DNA from: Thermoanaerobaculia bacterium
Lineage (GTDB): Bacteria > Acidobacteriota > Thermoanaerobaculia > Multivoradales > JAHEKO01
Direction of reading: 5' to 3'
NCBI GenBank assembly: GCA_947259195.1
Contig: CAMYLC010000155.1
Span: forward strand, 16,899 to 80,898
Length of the DNA stretch: 64,000 nt
Shown: positions 19,603 to 29,689 of the stretch, piece after piece
Layout: each line of letters starts with the position of its first letter
How positions within the stretch are numbered: position 1 is the stretch's first letter
The notes under the pieces: model-generated
What the model was told of the DNA's origin: nothing
What the model saw: only the letters and a program-made list of their open reading frames with translations
Databases searched by the model: none
Translations under genes and position numbers: made by a program

Positions 19603-20760
19603 ATGCTTCCTTCCGGTCGGGAGGAGGTCACCGTGGTCGAGTTGCCAACGCATCAGTGGATCGAGGATGAAGGGGGGTTGCAGGCTCTCTCCGCGCAGCT
19701 TCGCTCCTGTGAGTGGATTGCCTTGGACAGCGAGTCGAATTCTGGCTTTGTCTATGAAGAACGCCTCTGCCTGCTGCAGCTCAATGTCGCCGACCAGCTT
19801 TGGGTGGTGGACCTGACGGCTTTGCCAGAAGGCAAGCAGGCCCTCGACACTCTGCGCGAGCCCTTCGAGAGCCGAGCCATGAGGATCGTTCTCCACGGTG
19901 GGGAGTTCGACGTCGGTTGTCTGAAGAGGGACTACGAGATATCGCTGCGAGGTGTCTGGGACACCCAACAAGCGACTTCTTTCCTGGGCTGGGTAAAGAC
20001 CGGATATGGAGCCGTGGTGGAAGAGGTCTGTGGAGTGAAGCTGGCGAAGGACTTCGCCAGATACGACTGGGGACGACGACCTCTTGATGCGGCTCCATTG
20101 GGTTACGCTCTCGATGACGTTGCCTACCTGCAGACGGTTGGGCTGAAACTCTACGAATTGGTGGAAGATGCGGATCTGGTGGAGGAGGTGGAGATCGCCA
20201 ACCGGGTTGTGGAGGCGGCTACCTGGAACGGTGGCTTCAAGGCCGACGGCGCATGGAGTCTCAAAGGGGCTCGTCAGTTGCCGGCCGAGAGCCGGTCGAT
20301 TCTCTCCTTTCTTTACACCTGGCGAGACTCGATCGCGCGCCGCCTCGACCTACCGCCCGGTAGGGTTGTCAACAACGCGAATCTCGTGGCTCTGAGTCGA
20401 AATCCAGCGACGACTCTCCAGGATCTGAAGCGACTCGGCCTATCGTCGCTGGTTCGATCCAGCCTTGCCGGCGAGCTTCTCCAGAGGATCGCGGAGGCTC
20501 GGCGGCAGCCGGCTCCCATCGTCGAGACCGTCAGGAGGGAGAGGCCCGACCCCGCTGTGCAGCGCAGAGGGGACCGGCTCAAGGTCTGGCGGCGCCAGGA
20601 GGCGGCGCGACGGGGGGTACCCTTGCAGGTGGTGCTACCGGTAGCGGCGATGCGCTACCTGGAGCGCAACGGTGCTGGGGAGATGCCATCGGTACCGCAG
20701 CTCGGATCGAAGCGCATCGATCTCTACGGTGAGAAGCTGAAGGAGCTGTGTCGGCTTTGA
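19603..20760 (+). CDS. rnd: ribonuclease D (DEDD 3'-5' exonuclease plus HRDC domain)
   Basis: DEDDy motifs IALDSESNSGF and HGGEFDVGCL. The C-terminal HRDC-like region follows. An alternative in-frame GTG start at 19633 has GGGAGGAGG 5 nt upstream and may be the true start. Confidence 0.8.
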   Translation: MLPSGREEVTVVELPTHQWIEDEGGLQALSAQLRSCEWIALDSESNSGFVYEERLCLLQLNVADQLWVVDLTALPEGKQALDTLREPFESRAMRIVLHGGEFDVGCLKRDYEISLRGVWDTQQATSFLGWVKTGYGAVVEEVCGVKLAKDFARYDWGRRPLDAAPLGYALDDVAYLQTVGLKLYELVEDADLVEEVEIANRVVEAATWNGGFKADGAWSLKGARQLPAESRSILSFLYTWRDSIARRLDLPPGRVVNNANLVALSRNPATTLQDLKRLGLSSLVRSSLAGELLQRIAEARRQPAPIVETVRRERPDPAVQRRGDRLKVWRRQEAARRGVPLQVVLPVAAMRYLERNGAGEMPSVPQLGSKRIDLYGEKLKELCRL

Positions 20761-20963
20761 GGCGCCGGCCGAGCCCGAATCAAGATCGATGAGCCGGGGT
20801 GCCGCCAGTGCGTCGCAGCATGCCCCGGCGAAACGCCGTCGCCTGCGACGATCATTTCCAATTCACGATAAGATCCCCGCTTCATCGAACGGCCACCGAC
20901 AAGCAGCCGGTCCGACTCGAAGCATCCGGCACAGTGACCCCTGACCAAGCCAACAGGTGAGAG

Positions 20964-23429
20964 ATGCGCAGCGCTGAGAGAGACGTGGTTACCTACGAGC
21001 CAACGGAGGTCGAGGCCAAGTGGCAAAGGCGGTGGGAGTCGGATGGTCTCTACAACTCCGACGTCGATGCGGAGCGCCCCAAACACTACGCCCTGACCAT
21101 GTTGCCCTATCCGTCAGGGGAGTTTCACATTGGCCACTGGTATGCGATGGCCCCACCCGATGCCAGGGCGCGATACATGCGTCTCAAGGGGTACAACGTG
21201 CTCTTCCCGATGGGCTTCGACGCCTTCGGGCTGCCAGCGGAGAACGCGGCCATCCAACGGGGAGTCCACCCGCGAAAGTGGACTTACTCGAATATCGAAC
21301 GGATGCGTGGGCAGTTCAAGCGCATGGGCACCATGATCGACTGGCGTCGAGAAGCAATATCCGCCGACCGCGAGTACTACCGGTGGACCCAGTGGTTCTT
21401 TCTCAAGCTTCTGGAGAACGACCTGGCCTATCGGAATCGGGCGGCGGTGGACTGGTGCCCGAGTTGCAACACCACTTTGGCGCGAGAGCAGGTCTGGGGC
21501 GATGACCGCCGCTGCGAGCGCTGCCAGACGCCTGTCGTGCGCAAGGAGTTGGAGCAGTGGTTCTTTCGCACGACTCGGTTCGCCGACGAGCTACTCGATT
21601 TTTCTCAGATCGACTGGCCAGAGAGGGTGCAGCTCCTCGAAAAGAACTGGATCGGTCGCTCAGAGGGCGCCGACGTCGTCTTTCATACCGAGAGCGGCGA
21701 TCCCCTGAGGGTCTTTACGACGCGACCCGACACGCTCTGGGGAGCCACTTTCATGGTGCTGGCACCCGAGCACCCTCTCGTGGCGAAACTGACGACGCAG
21801 GACCAGGCACGAGCCGTCGAGGAATACACCGCTCAGGCAGAGCGCCAGACCGATATTCAACGGGAAGCGGCCGATCGGCCGAAGACAGGTGTCTTCACTG
21901 GGGCCTACGCGATCAACCCGGTGACCGACGAGAGAATTCCGATCTGGATTGCCGACTATGTGCTCATGACCTACGGTACAGGCGCGATCATGGCGGTGCC
22001 GGCTCACGATCAGCGAGACTTCGAGTTCGCCCGGCAGTTCGATCTCGAGGTGCGGCCTGTGATCCAGGCGTCCGGTGAGGATGTGCCTGACGGCGACGAA
22101 TTGTTGGCGGCCACGACCCATCAGGGCACCATGGTCAATTCCGGTCCGCTTACCGGCACCCCCGCGGACGAAGCGGTGACAGCAGCCATCGATTTTCTGC
22201 AGGAGAAGGGCACCGGGCGCGGCGCCATTCGCTACCGCCTGCGCGACTGGCTGATCTCTCGTCAGCGTTACTGGGGAGCGCCCATCCCAGTGGTCTATTG
22301 CGACCGCTGCGGAGTTGTCCCGGTGTCGGAGTCGGAGCTTCCTGTCCCTCTGCCCGATGACGTGGAGTGGACTCCGACCGGCGAGAGCCCGCTGAAGCTG
22401 CATCCAACCTGGCGTCACACCTCTTGTCCTGAATGTGGAGCGCCAGCTGAGCGCGAAACCGACACGATGGACACCTTCATGTGCTCTTCCTGGTACCACT
22501 TGAGGTATCTGAGCCCTCACTACGACGCAGGTCCCTTCGATCCGGAGGAGTACGCCTACTGGATGCCCGTGGACAGCTACACCGGGGGAATCGAGCACGC
22601 GACGATGCACCTCATCTACACGCGCTTCTTCCACAAGGCCTGTCACGACATGGGTATCGTCGGCGGTACCGAACCGATGCTTCAGCTCCGCAATCAGGGC
22701 ATCGTCCTGGGTGAGGACTCGGAGAAGATGTCCAAGAGCCGTGGGAACGTAGTGTCTCCCGACGATCTCGTTGAACGCTACGGTGCCGATACGGTGCGCA
22801 GCTACATGATGTTCTTTGCCCGGTGGGAGCAGGGAGGCCCCTGGAACAGCCGCGGCATCGAAGGTACCTGGCGATGGCTCAAGAAGATCTGGACTTTGAT
22901 GCTCGAGCCGACAGAGGAGTTCACTGCAGAGCCTGGTGTGGAGCGCCGATTGCGTCGCAAGGTGCATCAGACGCTACGGCAAGTAGGCGAAGACTTCGAG
23001 ACCTACGAGTTCAATACCATTGTCGCCGCTCTCATGGAGCTTTCGAACGAGATGCATCAGGCTCGCGCCGATGGGGCGGCCGGAGGCGACGCCTGGGACG
23101 AGGCATGTGACATCTATCTGCGAATGCTGGCCCCGATAGCGCCCCATATCGCAGAAGAGCTCTGGGAGCGTCTGGGAAAGGACTACTCGGTTCACACCTC
23201 AACTTGGCCCCAGGTCGATGCAGCCGCCGCAGCGGAGGACGAGGTGACCCTGGTGGTTCAGGTCAATGGCAAGGTCAGAGACCGGCTGGTGGTGCCGGTC
23301 GACATCGCCGACGAGACAGCCCGCGAGATGGCCTTGGCAAGCGAGGGGGCTCTCCGGTTCACCGATGGCAAGACTGTCCGCAAGGTGATCGTGGTTCCCG
23401 GGCGACTGGTCAACATCGTAGCCAACTAG
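20964..23429 (+). CDS. leuS: leucine--tRNA ligase
   Basis: Class I signatures: HIGH variant (PSGEFHIGHWY) and KMSKS (EKMSKSRGN). Length of 821 aa and the CP1 editing domain region fit LeuRS. Confidence 0.95.
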   Translation: MRSAERDVVTYEPTEVEAKWQRRWESDGLYNSDVDAERPKHYALTMLPYPSGEFHIGHWYAMAPPDARARYMRLKGYNVLFPMGFDAFGLPAENAAIQRGVHPRKWTYSNIERMRGQFKRMGTMIDWRREAISADREYYRWTQWFFLKLLENDLAYRNRAAVDWCPSCNTTLAREQVWGDDRRCERCQTPVVRKELEQWFFRTTRFADELLDFSQIDWPERVQLLEKNWIGRSEGADVVFHTESGDPLRVFTTRPDTLWGATFMVLAPEHPLVAKLTTQDQARAVEEYTAQAERQTDIQREAADRPKTGVFTGAYAINPVTDERIPIWIADYVLMTYGTGAIMAVPAHDQRDFEFARQFDLEVRPVIQASGEDVPDGDELLAATTHQGTMVNSGPLTGTPADEAVTAAIDFLQEKGTGRGAIRYRLRDWLISRQRYWGAPIPVVYCDRCGVVPVSESELPVPLPDDVEWTPTGESPLKLHPTWRHTSCPECGAPAERETDTMDTFMCSSWYHLRYLSPHYDAGPFDPEEYAYWMPVDSYTGGIEHATMHLIYTRFFHKACHDMGIVGGTEPMLQLRNQGIVLGEDSEKMSKSRGNVVSPDDLVERYGADTVRSYMMFFARWEQGGPWNSRGIEGTWRWLKKIWTLMLEPTEEFTAEPGVERRLRRKVHQTLRQVGEDFETYEFNTIVAALMELSNEMHQARADGAAGGDAWDEACDIYLRMLAPIAPHIAEELWERLGKDYSVHTSTWPQVDAAAAAEDEVTLVVQVNGKVRDRLVVPVDIADETAREMALASEGALRFTDGKTVRKVIVVPGRLVNIVAN

Positions 23430-23445
23430 GAAGGGGCCTCAGAGC

Positions 23446-23925
23446 ATGGAGAGGGAGCTCAGCCTGCAGGAACGATTCGCCCCCAGCAACGCGTGTTTCG
23501 GGTGTGGACCGACCAACGAGAAAGGCCTTCGCATCCGCAGCTTTCCGACGGGTGAATCCATCGACGCAGAGGTGATTGCAGAGTGGACTCCGGAGACCTA
23601 CCACGAGGCCTTCGCGAACGTGCTCAGCGGCGGCATCATCGGCACTTTGATGGATTGCCACAGCAACTGGACCGCGATCTGGCACATGATCAACCGCGAC
23701 GGCCTGGAGTCGGCGCCGCCCATGGTGACCGCGGACTTCCATGTGACGATGAAGCGTCCGACTCCGACAGGAGGGCCGGTGCATCTTTCGGCTCGAGCGG
23801 TCTCCTCGGACGGGCCGCGGGTCAGGGTCGAGGCCTCTCTCTCCGGTGGTGGGCGTGTCACCGCCACCTGCGTCGGTCACTTCGTCGCTGTCGAGCCGGG
23901 TCATCCAGCCCACTACCGCTGGTAG
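23446..23925 (+). CDS. PaaI/hotdog-fold thioesterase family protein
   Basis: N-terminal CFGCGPTN motif and hotdog-core LSGGIIGTLMDCHSNW, typical of PaaI-like thioesterases. Lies 17 nt downstream of leuS. Confidence 0.7.
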   Translation: MERELSLQERFAPSNACFGCGPTNEKGLRIRSFPTGESIDAEVIAEWTPETYHEAFANVLSGGIIGTLMDCHSNWTAIWHMINRDGLESAPPMVTADFHVTMKRPTPTGGPVHLSARAVSSDGPRVRVEASLSGGGRVTATCVGHFVAVEPGHPAHYRW

Positions 23926-23988
23926 CCCTACCCAAGACCTCGAGACCCCTCCCGGGAGCCTGCCGCCAGGGTGGCAAAGCTGACCGCT

Positions 23989-24171
23989 CTAGCCCGACCT
24001 TCTCACCAGTGTTCTACTGCAAGCTCGAATATGCCCGAATCTACTACGTTCTCCGCCCTCATGCCTCCTCGACTTACTTCAAGTACGCCTGCGGGGGCTT
24101 CGGTTGTCAGGCCTTGTATCTCCAGACATCTTCGCCCTTTCGCTACGAAGCTGGTGAGAAGGTCGGGCTAG
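23989..24171. repeat. 183-bp element bounded by perfect 21-bp terminal inverted repeats (MITE-like or structured-RNA candidate)
   Basis: CTAGCCCGACCTTCTCACCAG at 23989-24009 is the exact reverse complement of CTGGTGAGAAGGTCGGGCTAG at 24151-24171. The 141-bp interior is visibly less GC-rich than its flanks. The right repeat overlaps the TAG stop (24168-24170) of the minus-strand membrane protein gene. Confidence 0.5.
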
Positions 24172-24821
24172 CCGCCGTCGTCCAGCAGCCTGCCGCCGCG
24201 ATAGAGCAGCCAAAGAGCGAGTAGTTGAATCACGTGGAAGATGTCGTTGTGGTTGAAGTGTTGATGCAGGGCAAAACCGCTCTGCTGGATGAGGGAAGCC
24301 CCGAAGGAGACGAGGATCCCGCCCACCACCCAGGGGGCACTCGGGTCTCGCCGAGCCCACCATTGCCAGATCTGCAGCAGCAGCACCAGGACCATGGTGG
24401 ATCCGTAGTCGTTGATGACGAAGCGAAAGTCGTCGTGAGAGGCCATCCACCAGAGATAGCCGAGGAGCTTGAAGAAGGCTACGAGCAGCAGCAGCCGTCT
24501 CCATGGGCCGGAGAAGGAAGCGACCAGGGCACCTGCGAGCAGCAGGAAGCTGGCAGCACCGATGGCATAGACGGTGACTTTCCAGAGGACCTGCCAACCC
24601 TCGTCTCCGAGCTGCTGAACGAAGCCGTGCGATGTCCCTCCCGCCAGCGCTCCGAGAGCAGTGGCCATGAAAGCCCAGCCCCAGAGCGCCTCGGCCCGGC
24701 AGCTGCGAGCCCGACCCTCGATAATCAGGTGGATTCCGAGACTGGCGGCCAGAAGGGTCACCAGATAGTCGGTGAACATGGTCATGGGCTCGCTGATCGT
24801 CATGCGGCCTTGCCCTCCCAT
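24168..24821 (-). CDS. multi-pass membrane protein of unknown function
   Basis: 217-aa ORF with about 6-7 hydrophobic helices and Trp-rich loops (LLGYLWWMASHDDF, LLLQIWQWWARR). No catalytic motif recognised. Confidence 0.55.
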   Translation of the reverse strand: MGGQGRMTISEPMTMFTDYLVTLLAASLGIHLIIEGRARSCRAEALWGWAFMATALGALAGGTSHGFVQQLGDEGWQVLWKVTVYAIGAASFLLLAGALVASFSGPWRRLLLLVAFFKLLGYLWWMASHDDFRFVINDYGSTMVLVLLLQIWQWWARRDPSAPWVVGGILVSFGASLIQQSGFALHQHFNHNDIFHVIQLLALWLLYRGGRLLDDGG

Positions 24822-24851
24822 AGGTGATCGATTCCAGCTCTCAGCCGCGAT

Positions 24852-25310
24852 CTACGGCTTTCCCTCCGTCGAGGAAGCAGCCAATCGCTGGGCGAGCGCT
24901 TCTGGAATGGGGATCGACTCGAGCCCTTCTCCCTTACCCATGATGCAACAAACGGCAGACATTCGCCCCCGAGCGACCAGTCGATCGTCGGTGGAGATCG
25001 TCATGGCGTAGGTCAGTGAGCTGGTCCCCTTCCTCGCGATCCGCAGGTGAATGTCCAAAACGTCCCCGAAGTGAGCTGGACTCAGGTACTGGCAGGAGAC
25101 CTCGACGCGTGGCCACCCGATGGTCACCCCCTCGCGCGTGGCGAAGGCATCGGAGCCCAGGCTGCGCAGGAACTCGTGCTCGGCAGTCTCCATGAACACC
25201 AGATAGCGCGCGAAGTGGACGATTCCACCCATGTCGGCGTCGGCGAACTCGACCCTTCTCGTGGTGCGGAAGTCACTTATCGGTAGTGGCTCTTGGAGGG
25301 GACTCATCAT
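24852..25310 (-). CDS. acyl-CoA thioesterase, 4HBT/YbgC-like hotdog fold
   Basis: RRVEFADADMGGIVHFARYLVFMETAEHEFLRSLG matches the YbgC/4HBT N-terminal catalytic Asp region. Confidence 0.75.
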   Translation of the reverse strand: MMSPLQEPLPISDFRTTRRVEFADADMGGIVHFARYLVFMETAEHEFLRSLGSDAFATREGVTIGWPRVEVSCQYLSPAHFGDVLDIHLRIARKGTSSLTYAMTISTDDRLVARGRMSAVCCIMGKGEGLESIPIPEALAQRLAASSTEGKP

Positions 25311-25356
25311 TGGCTCCGATCGACTCTGGCGGGCGCGTCCGAAGGTGCCCGGGTCC

Positions 25357-26349
25357 CTACAAGACCGAGCTGCCTGGTGGTACCAGCCGGTCGATTCTCT
25401 CCAGTTCTTCGTCGGAGATCTCGACCTCCAGGGCTGCGAGGCTGCTCGACAGCTGCTCCTCGGTGCGTGGTCCGATGATCGCCGCCGTGACTTCGGGGTT
25501 CTTCAAGACCCAGGCAAGCGATAGCTCGGCGAGCGAAAAGCTCCGCCCTTCGACCATCGAGACGAGCTCTTCGACGACCTTCAGCCGCCGCTCGAACGTC
25601 GGGTTTCCGAGGTCGCCGACCCAGTTCTTGGCCCGTGGGCTGTCTTCTGGATTGCCGTGCGCGTGGCGGTACTTGCCGGTGAGCCAACCTCCCTCCAGGG
25701 GACTCCAGACGATGTTGGCCAGGCCGAAGCGCCGCGTCATCGGAAAGTGCTCGTTTTCCATGATTCGCCGCAAGATGCTGTAGGGCGGCTGCAGCGAAAC
25801 GAATCGCTCCCAACCCCGTTGCTGACAGAGCCACAGGGTGTCGACGATCTCCCAGGCGTCGAGTCTCCGTTGCTCTGGCTCATCGTAGTGGTTGGTGGAA
25901 CAGCCGATGTAGCGCACCTTGCCCTGACGCACCAGGTCATCGAGTGTGCTCAGGGTCTCTTCCCAGGGTGTGGAGGGGTCGAGCCGATGAATCTGATAGA
26001 GATCGATGACATCGGTCCGCAGGCGACGCAGGCTGTGCTCCGCCTGTTCCTGGATCGCTTTGCGGGACAAGCCCATCTGGTTGGGGCCGTCTCCCATGGA
26101 GAATCTGACCTTGGTTGCCAAGACGGCTTCCTCGCGGCGACCCTCGAGGGCTTTGCCGACGATCTCCTCGGATTCGCCATCCGAATACATATTGGCCGTG
26201 TCGATGAAGTTGATACCCCGGTCCAGAGCCTGATGAATGATGCGGATGCACTCCTGGTGGTCGGGATTCCCCCAAGCTCCGAACATCATGGTGCCCAGGC
26301 AAAGGGGGGATACCTTGACACCGGCCGACCCCAGACTGCGGAAGTCCAT
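25357..26349 (-). CDS. aldo/keto reductase
   Basis: MDFRSLGSAGVKVSPLCLGTMMFG...INFIDTANMYSDGESEEIVGKAL is the canonical AKR N-terminus. The 330-aa length fits. Confidence 0.9.
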   Translation of the reverse strand: MDFRSLGSAGVKVSPLCLGTMMFGAWGNPDHQECIRIIHQALDRGINFIDTANMYSDGESEEIVGKALEGRREEAVLATKVRFSMGDGPNQMGLSRKAIQEQAEHSLRRLRTDVIDLYQIHRLDPSTPWEETLSTLDDLVRQGKVRYIGCSTNHYDEPEQRRLDAWEIVDTLWLCQQRGWERFVSLQPPYSILRRIMENEHFPMTRRFGLANIVWSPLEGGWLTGKYRHAHGNPEDSPRAKNWVGDLGNPTFERRLKVVEELVSMVEGRSFSLAELSLAWVLKNPEVTAAIIGPRTEEQLSSSLAALEVEISDEELERIDRLVPPGSSVL

Positions 26350-26361
26350 GTCTGTTTGCTC

Positions 26362-27858
26362 CTATTCCTTGACCTTCGCCTTGCGTTGCTCCTGGTCGAT
26401 AGCCAGGGAGTAGGCCAGGTAGTACTTGTAGATGTTGCTGACGTACTGCACGGTCTCGCGGCCGATCTCCCGGGCAGCCACGACTTCGACGTTGCTGAAC
26501 CATTCATTGGGATCCAGGCCCTTCTTGGCAGCCTTTTGACGGAGGGACGAAATGCGGCTCGGGCCAGCATTGTAGGCGGCGATGGCGAAGAGTCCCCGAT
26601 TGAGCCTGTCGATGCCCTCTTCGTCGAAGTATCGGTCGGACAGGAAGCGGAGGTACTTGACCCCGGCGTGGATGTTGTGCTCCATCACCTCGATGTCTGC
26701 AATGCCCACGTTGGGGTCGCCCGCCGTGCTTTTGAGCAGTTGCATGACTCCGATAGCGCCAGCCCTGCTGCGAACGCTCTGGTCGATGCGAGATTCCTGA
26801 TAGGCCTGGGCGGCGACCATCAGGTAGTCGAATCCGTACTGGTCACCGTATTGTTGGAAGAACCCAACGGCTTCCTCGAAGCGATCCATTTCTTCTCGGT
26901 TGGAGGGGTTTTCGACCCAGCCGGTGTCTTCGAGGTATCGTTTGAAGAGAATGTTCCCCAGCAAAGTCCCCTTCTTACGTTGCTTCATGAATCGGTTCAG
27001 GGCCGTCGCGAGCTTCGGGCTGTCCTGGCGAAAGGCCCATGCGATCTGCCCACCCTGGCGCACTGTGAGGTCGGGGTAGACGACGAGTTTCTCGAAGATC
27101 CGAGACCAGAAATCGGCCAGATAGGAGTCGGCGACAGTGATGTCGATCAGGCCCGCGTTGAGCATTTCCAGGATGTCCTCGCTTTCGAGGAGCTCGTCGG
27201 CCGCCTCGAGGCGGACTTTCTTCAGGCCCTGCTCTGCGAGCTGCCCGTTGAGGGATTCGAGGCTCTGCCAATAGCTGCTCGATCGCCGGACGAAGACCTT
27301 CTTACCGGCAAGGTCCTCCAAGGAGGTCAGCCTGGACACCCCGGGGCCCGTGACGATGACCTCGTCGATCGCCAGGAGCGGGTCGGCGAAATCCACCACC
27401 TTCTGGCGCTCAGGAGTGATGGTGAGGTTGGTCGCGGCGATGTCGCCTCGCCCCTCCAGTAGGTCGGATAGGAGGCGGTCTCTCGTTGTGGGCATGATCA
27501 AGACGTGGACCTGGACGGTCTTGTTGCCCAGGTTCTTGTTGAGCTCCTTCTCAAACTCCTTTAGCAGCTCGTAGGCCGTTCCCCTTTGTTCGGCCCCGTC
27601 GAGGAAGTACTGGGTGCGGTTGGGGGTCACCAGCGCTCGGACATAGCGCCGATCCGCCATGCCGTCGAGATCGCCCGTCCAAGGCTCCATCGGTGCCTTG
27701 AGCACCGTCTGGATCTGTGAGTCTTCAGAGTCGAAGATGGAGATCGGTCCGTCTCCGGCGAGGGCGGGGAGGGAGGGATCGGATGACCGTGAGCAACTCG
27801 TCATGATGAACAGTGCTGCTACGGCTAGTGCTCTGATGGCAGGTATGCGGACTCTCAT
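26362..27858 (-). CDS. MltF-like lipoprotein: solute-binding-like domain fused to an SLT lytic transglycosylase domain
   Basis: Lipobox-like FIMTSC. The C-terminal SLT catalytic block is AQAYQESRIDQSVRSRAGAIGVMQLL...AAYNAGP. Confidence 0.85.
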   Translation of the reverse strand: MRVRIPAIRALAVAALFIMTSCSRSSDPSLPALAGDGPISIFDSEDSQIQTVLKAPMEPWTGDLDGMADRRYVRALVTPNRTQYFLDGAEQRGTAYELLKEFEKELNKNLGNKTVQVHVLIMPTTRDRLLSDLLEGRGDIAATNLTITPERQKVVDFADPLLAIDEVIVTGPGVSRLTSLEDLAGKKVFVRRSSSYWQSLESLNGQLAEQGLKKVRLEAADELLESEDILEMLNAGLIDITVADSYLADFWSRIFEKLVVYPDLTVRQGGQIAWAFRQDSPKLATALNRFMKQRKKGTLLGNILFKRYLEDTGWVENPSNREEMDRFEEAVGFFQQYGDQYGFDYLMVAAQAYQESRIDQSVRSRAGAIGVMQLLKSTAGDPNVGIADIEVMEHNIHAGVKYLRFLSDRYFDEEGIDRLNRGLFAIAAYNAGPSRISSLRQKAAKKGLDPNEWFSNVEVVAAREIGRETVQYVSNIYKYYLAYSLAIDQEQRKAKVKE

Positions 27859-28025
27859 GACCTCTTCCTCCCGAGAATGTCGTTCCTCTGTTGCGAGCAG
27901 TATAGTCCCTGTTCGGGAGGGCTCACAGGTCTTGGCGGCAGATTACGCTGCGTGTGGTGAATGGGCAAGTGGGGGGACGGCTGGCGAGCTGAGGACGGCC
28001 CAGTCGAATTGGAGAAAGGGCTGAG

Positions 28026-28829
28026 ATGACCGAAGAGATTCTGCAATTGACGGCCCCTGGAGGAATGCCGGGCGAGGCAGCCCTGGTGGTGAGAGTTTTC
28101 GAGTCCTCCTCAGGGGCAGGAAAATCGCCAATGTTGCTGTACCTGCATGGCTTTGGCTCGGATCAATGGGGCGAGAAGGCCTCCTTCTTTCGGCAGAGCG
28201 CCATCGGCCGAGGACTGGGGTTCTGCTCCTTCGACTTTCAGGGCCATGGGAGGTCGGGTGGGTCGATGGTAGATCTCACCCTGAGCCGCAGCTTGGCCGA
28301 CGTCGAGCGCGTCGCTCAGCTGCTGGCGAGTCGAGGTTATCCCCAACAGATCCTGCTGGGCTCCTCGATGGGCGGCTTCACCTCATTGTGGCATGCGGCC
28401 CTGCATCCCGAGAGAGTGTTGGCCGGGCTTTGCATCGCTCCGGCCCTCAGCCTGGAATCGACCCTGACGGACTGGGCAGGGGAGGAGGGGATGGAGAGTT
28501 GGCGCGAGGCAGGAACGATTCGGGTGGACAACGAGATCGGATCCTGGAATCTGGGTTGGACCTTTGTGACGGATCTGGGGAAGTACCCCGTTTCACGATT
28601 GCAGCACCTTTGCCGGCGCCCTTTTCTGATCGTGCAAGGGAGACTCGACGATCGGGTCGATTGGCGGCAGGTCATGGAGTTCGTTGCCGGTTGCGAGTTC
28701 GAGGATCTCGAGCTACATCTGTTTGCGGACGGCGATCATCGGCTGGTGGACCGCAAGGACAGGCTTTGGCAGTTGATGCGTGACTACCTCGAGTCCAAGG
28801 CTCTCCTGCCGGAGGCACCGAAGCGGTAG
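28026..28829 (+). CDS. alpha/beta hydrolase
   Basis: LLYLHGFGSD oxyanion region and a nucleophile elbow GSSMGG, with a C-terminal Asp/His region (DGDHRL). Confidence 0.75.
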   Translation: MTEEILQLTAPGGMPGEAALVVRVFESSSGAGKSPMLLYLHGFGSDQWGEKASFFRQSAIGRGLGFCSFDFQGHGRSGGSMVDLTLSRSLADVERVAQLLASRGYPQQILLGSSMGGFTSLWHAALHPERVLAGLCIAPALSLESTLTDWAGEEGMESWREAGTIRVDNEIGSWNLGWTFVTDLGKYPVSRLQHLCRRPFLIVQGRLDDRVDWRQVMEFVAGCEFEDLELHLFADGDHRLVDRKDRLWQLMRDYLESKALLPEAPKR

Positions 28830-28873
28830 GCCGAGAGTCTCGAGAGGGCGATCGGGGGATCGATGTTTCGGTG

Positions 28874-29689
28874 CTATTTGAGACGAATGAGGATTGCCCC
28901 GTCGCTGCCTTCGAGCTCGACTTCCTGTGGCGCAATTCGGGTCACCATGTACCCCATGATGCTTTCGCCGAGGCCAACTACGCGCTCGTCGAGAAGGGCG
29001 TAGGGCCCCGTCTCGGACCAGGCTATGCCACCCAGTTCCAGAGTGTCGCCGCTCGCCAGGGTCGCTCTTTCGATGAATACTCGTGGCCGAGGTGTGGCAT
29101 CTCCCGTCGAATCTGCAGGGCCACGGTCTCTCGCGCTCGGCGACAAGCTCACCCCCGCGATAGGAGGATCTGCCAGCTCGGTCAAAGATGGCGAAGAAGT
29201 GACGGTACGCTGTTCGACTACTGCCGGTGATTGTCGTGAAGCCGATGTGTCCGAGAAGGAGCTGGAGTCCTCTGTCGTCTGCGGCATCCGATCCTCCGGG
29301 CTCAGGGGCGGCTGTGAAGCCTCAGCTGTCGGGGTCGGGAGGTTGGTCGCATCTGCTCGGGATTGGGGTGCTGGGTCCGTAGCGGCTGTCGGTTCGATCG
29401 GGGCGTCACTCAGGGTGGAGGTCTCTGGCTGTCCTGCTTGCCCGTGCATGTCGATCTCGGCCGAGCTCGCGGCAACGCCCGCCGAAGTCTCGGGCTGGTT
29501 GGAGGCCAGACGGGCGATGGTGACCAGACTGACGATCAAGGCCAGGGCCATCGCCATGACTGCCGCTACCATCCAGGATCGATGAGAAACCGGGTGGGGA
29601 GGTGGGACCAGGGGCAGGCCCTTGGCCAGCGCTTCCCGGCGGCGCGATTCCTGACGGGCGCGTTGCAGGGCCTCGTTGATGAGGCTCAC
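28874..29689 (-). CDS. GspB/ExeB-like protein (N-terminal helix, one TM, Pro/Ser/Thr-rich linker, conserved C-terminal domain)
   Basis: The N-terminus (M)SLINEALQRARQE resembles the GspB MSYILDALKKA-type start. GTG start shares 1 nt with the TAG stop of the ExeA-like gene. Confidence 0.6.
   Translation of the reverse strand: MSLINEALQRARQESRRREALAKGLPLVPPPHPVSHRSWMVAAVMAMALALIVSLVTIARLASNQPETSAGVAASSAEIDMHGQAGQPETSTLSDAPIEPTAATDPAPQSRADATNLPTPTAEASQPPLSPEDRMPQTTEDSSSFSDTSASRQSPAVVEQRTVTSSPSLTELADPPIAGVSLSPSARDRGPADSTGDATPRPRVFIERATLASGDTLELGGIAWSETGPYALLDERVVGLGESIMGYMVTRIAPQEVELEGSDGAILIRLK

Noticed and set aside
25657-27462. 601-aa ORF on the + strand, one of the longest in the track.
   Set aside because: It lies entirely antisense to the aldo/keto reductase and MltF-like genes, both of which have clear family motifs. 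Its translation is low-complexity (Gly/Val/Asp/Leu-rich) with no motif. This is a typical shadow ORF of GC-rich DNA.
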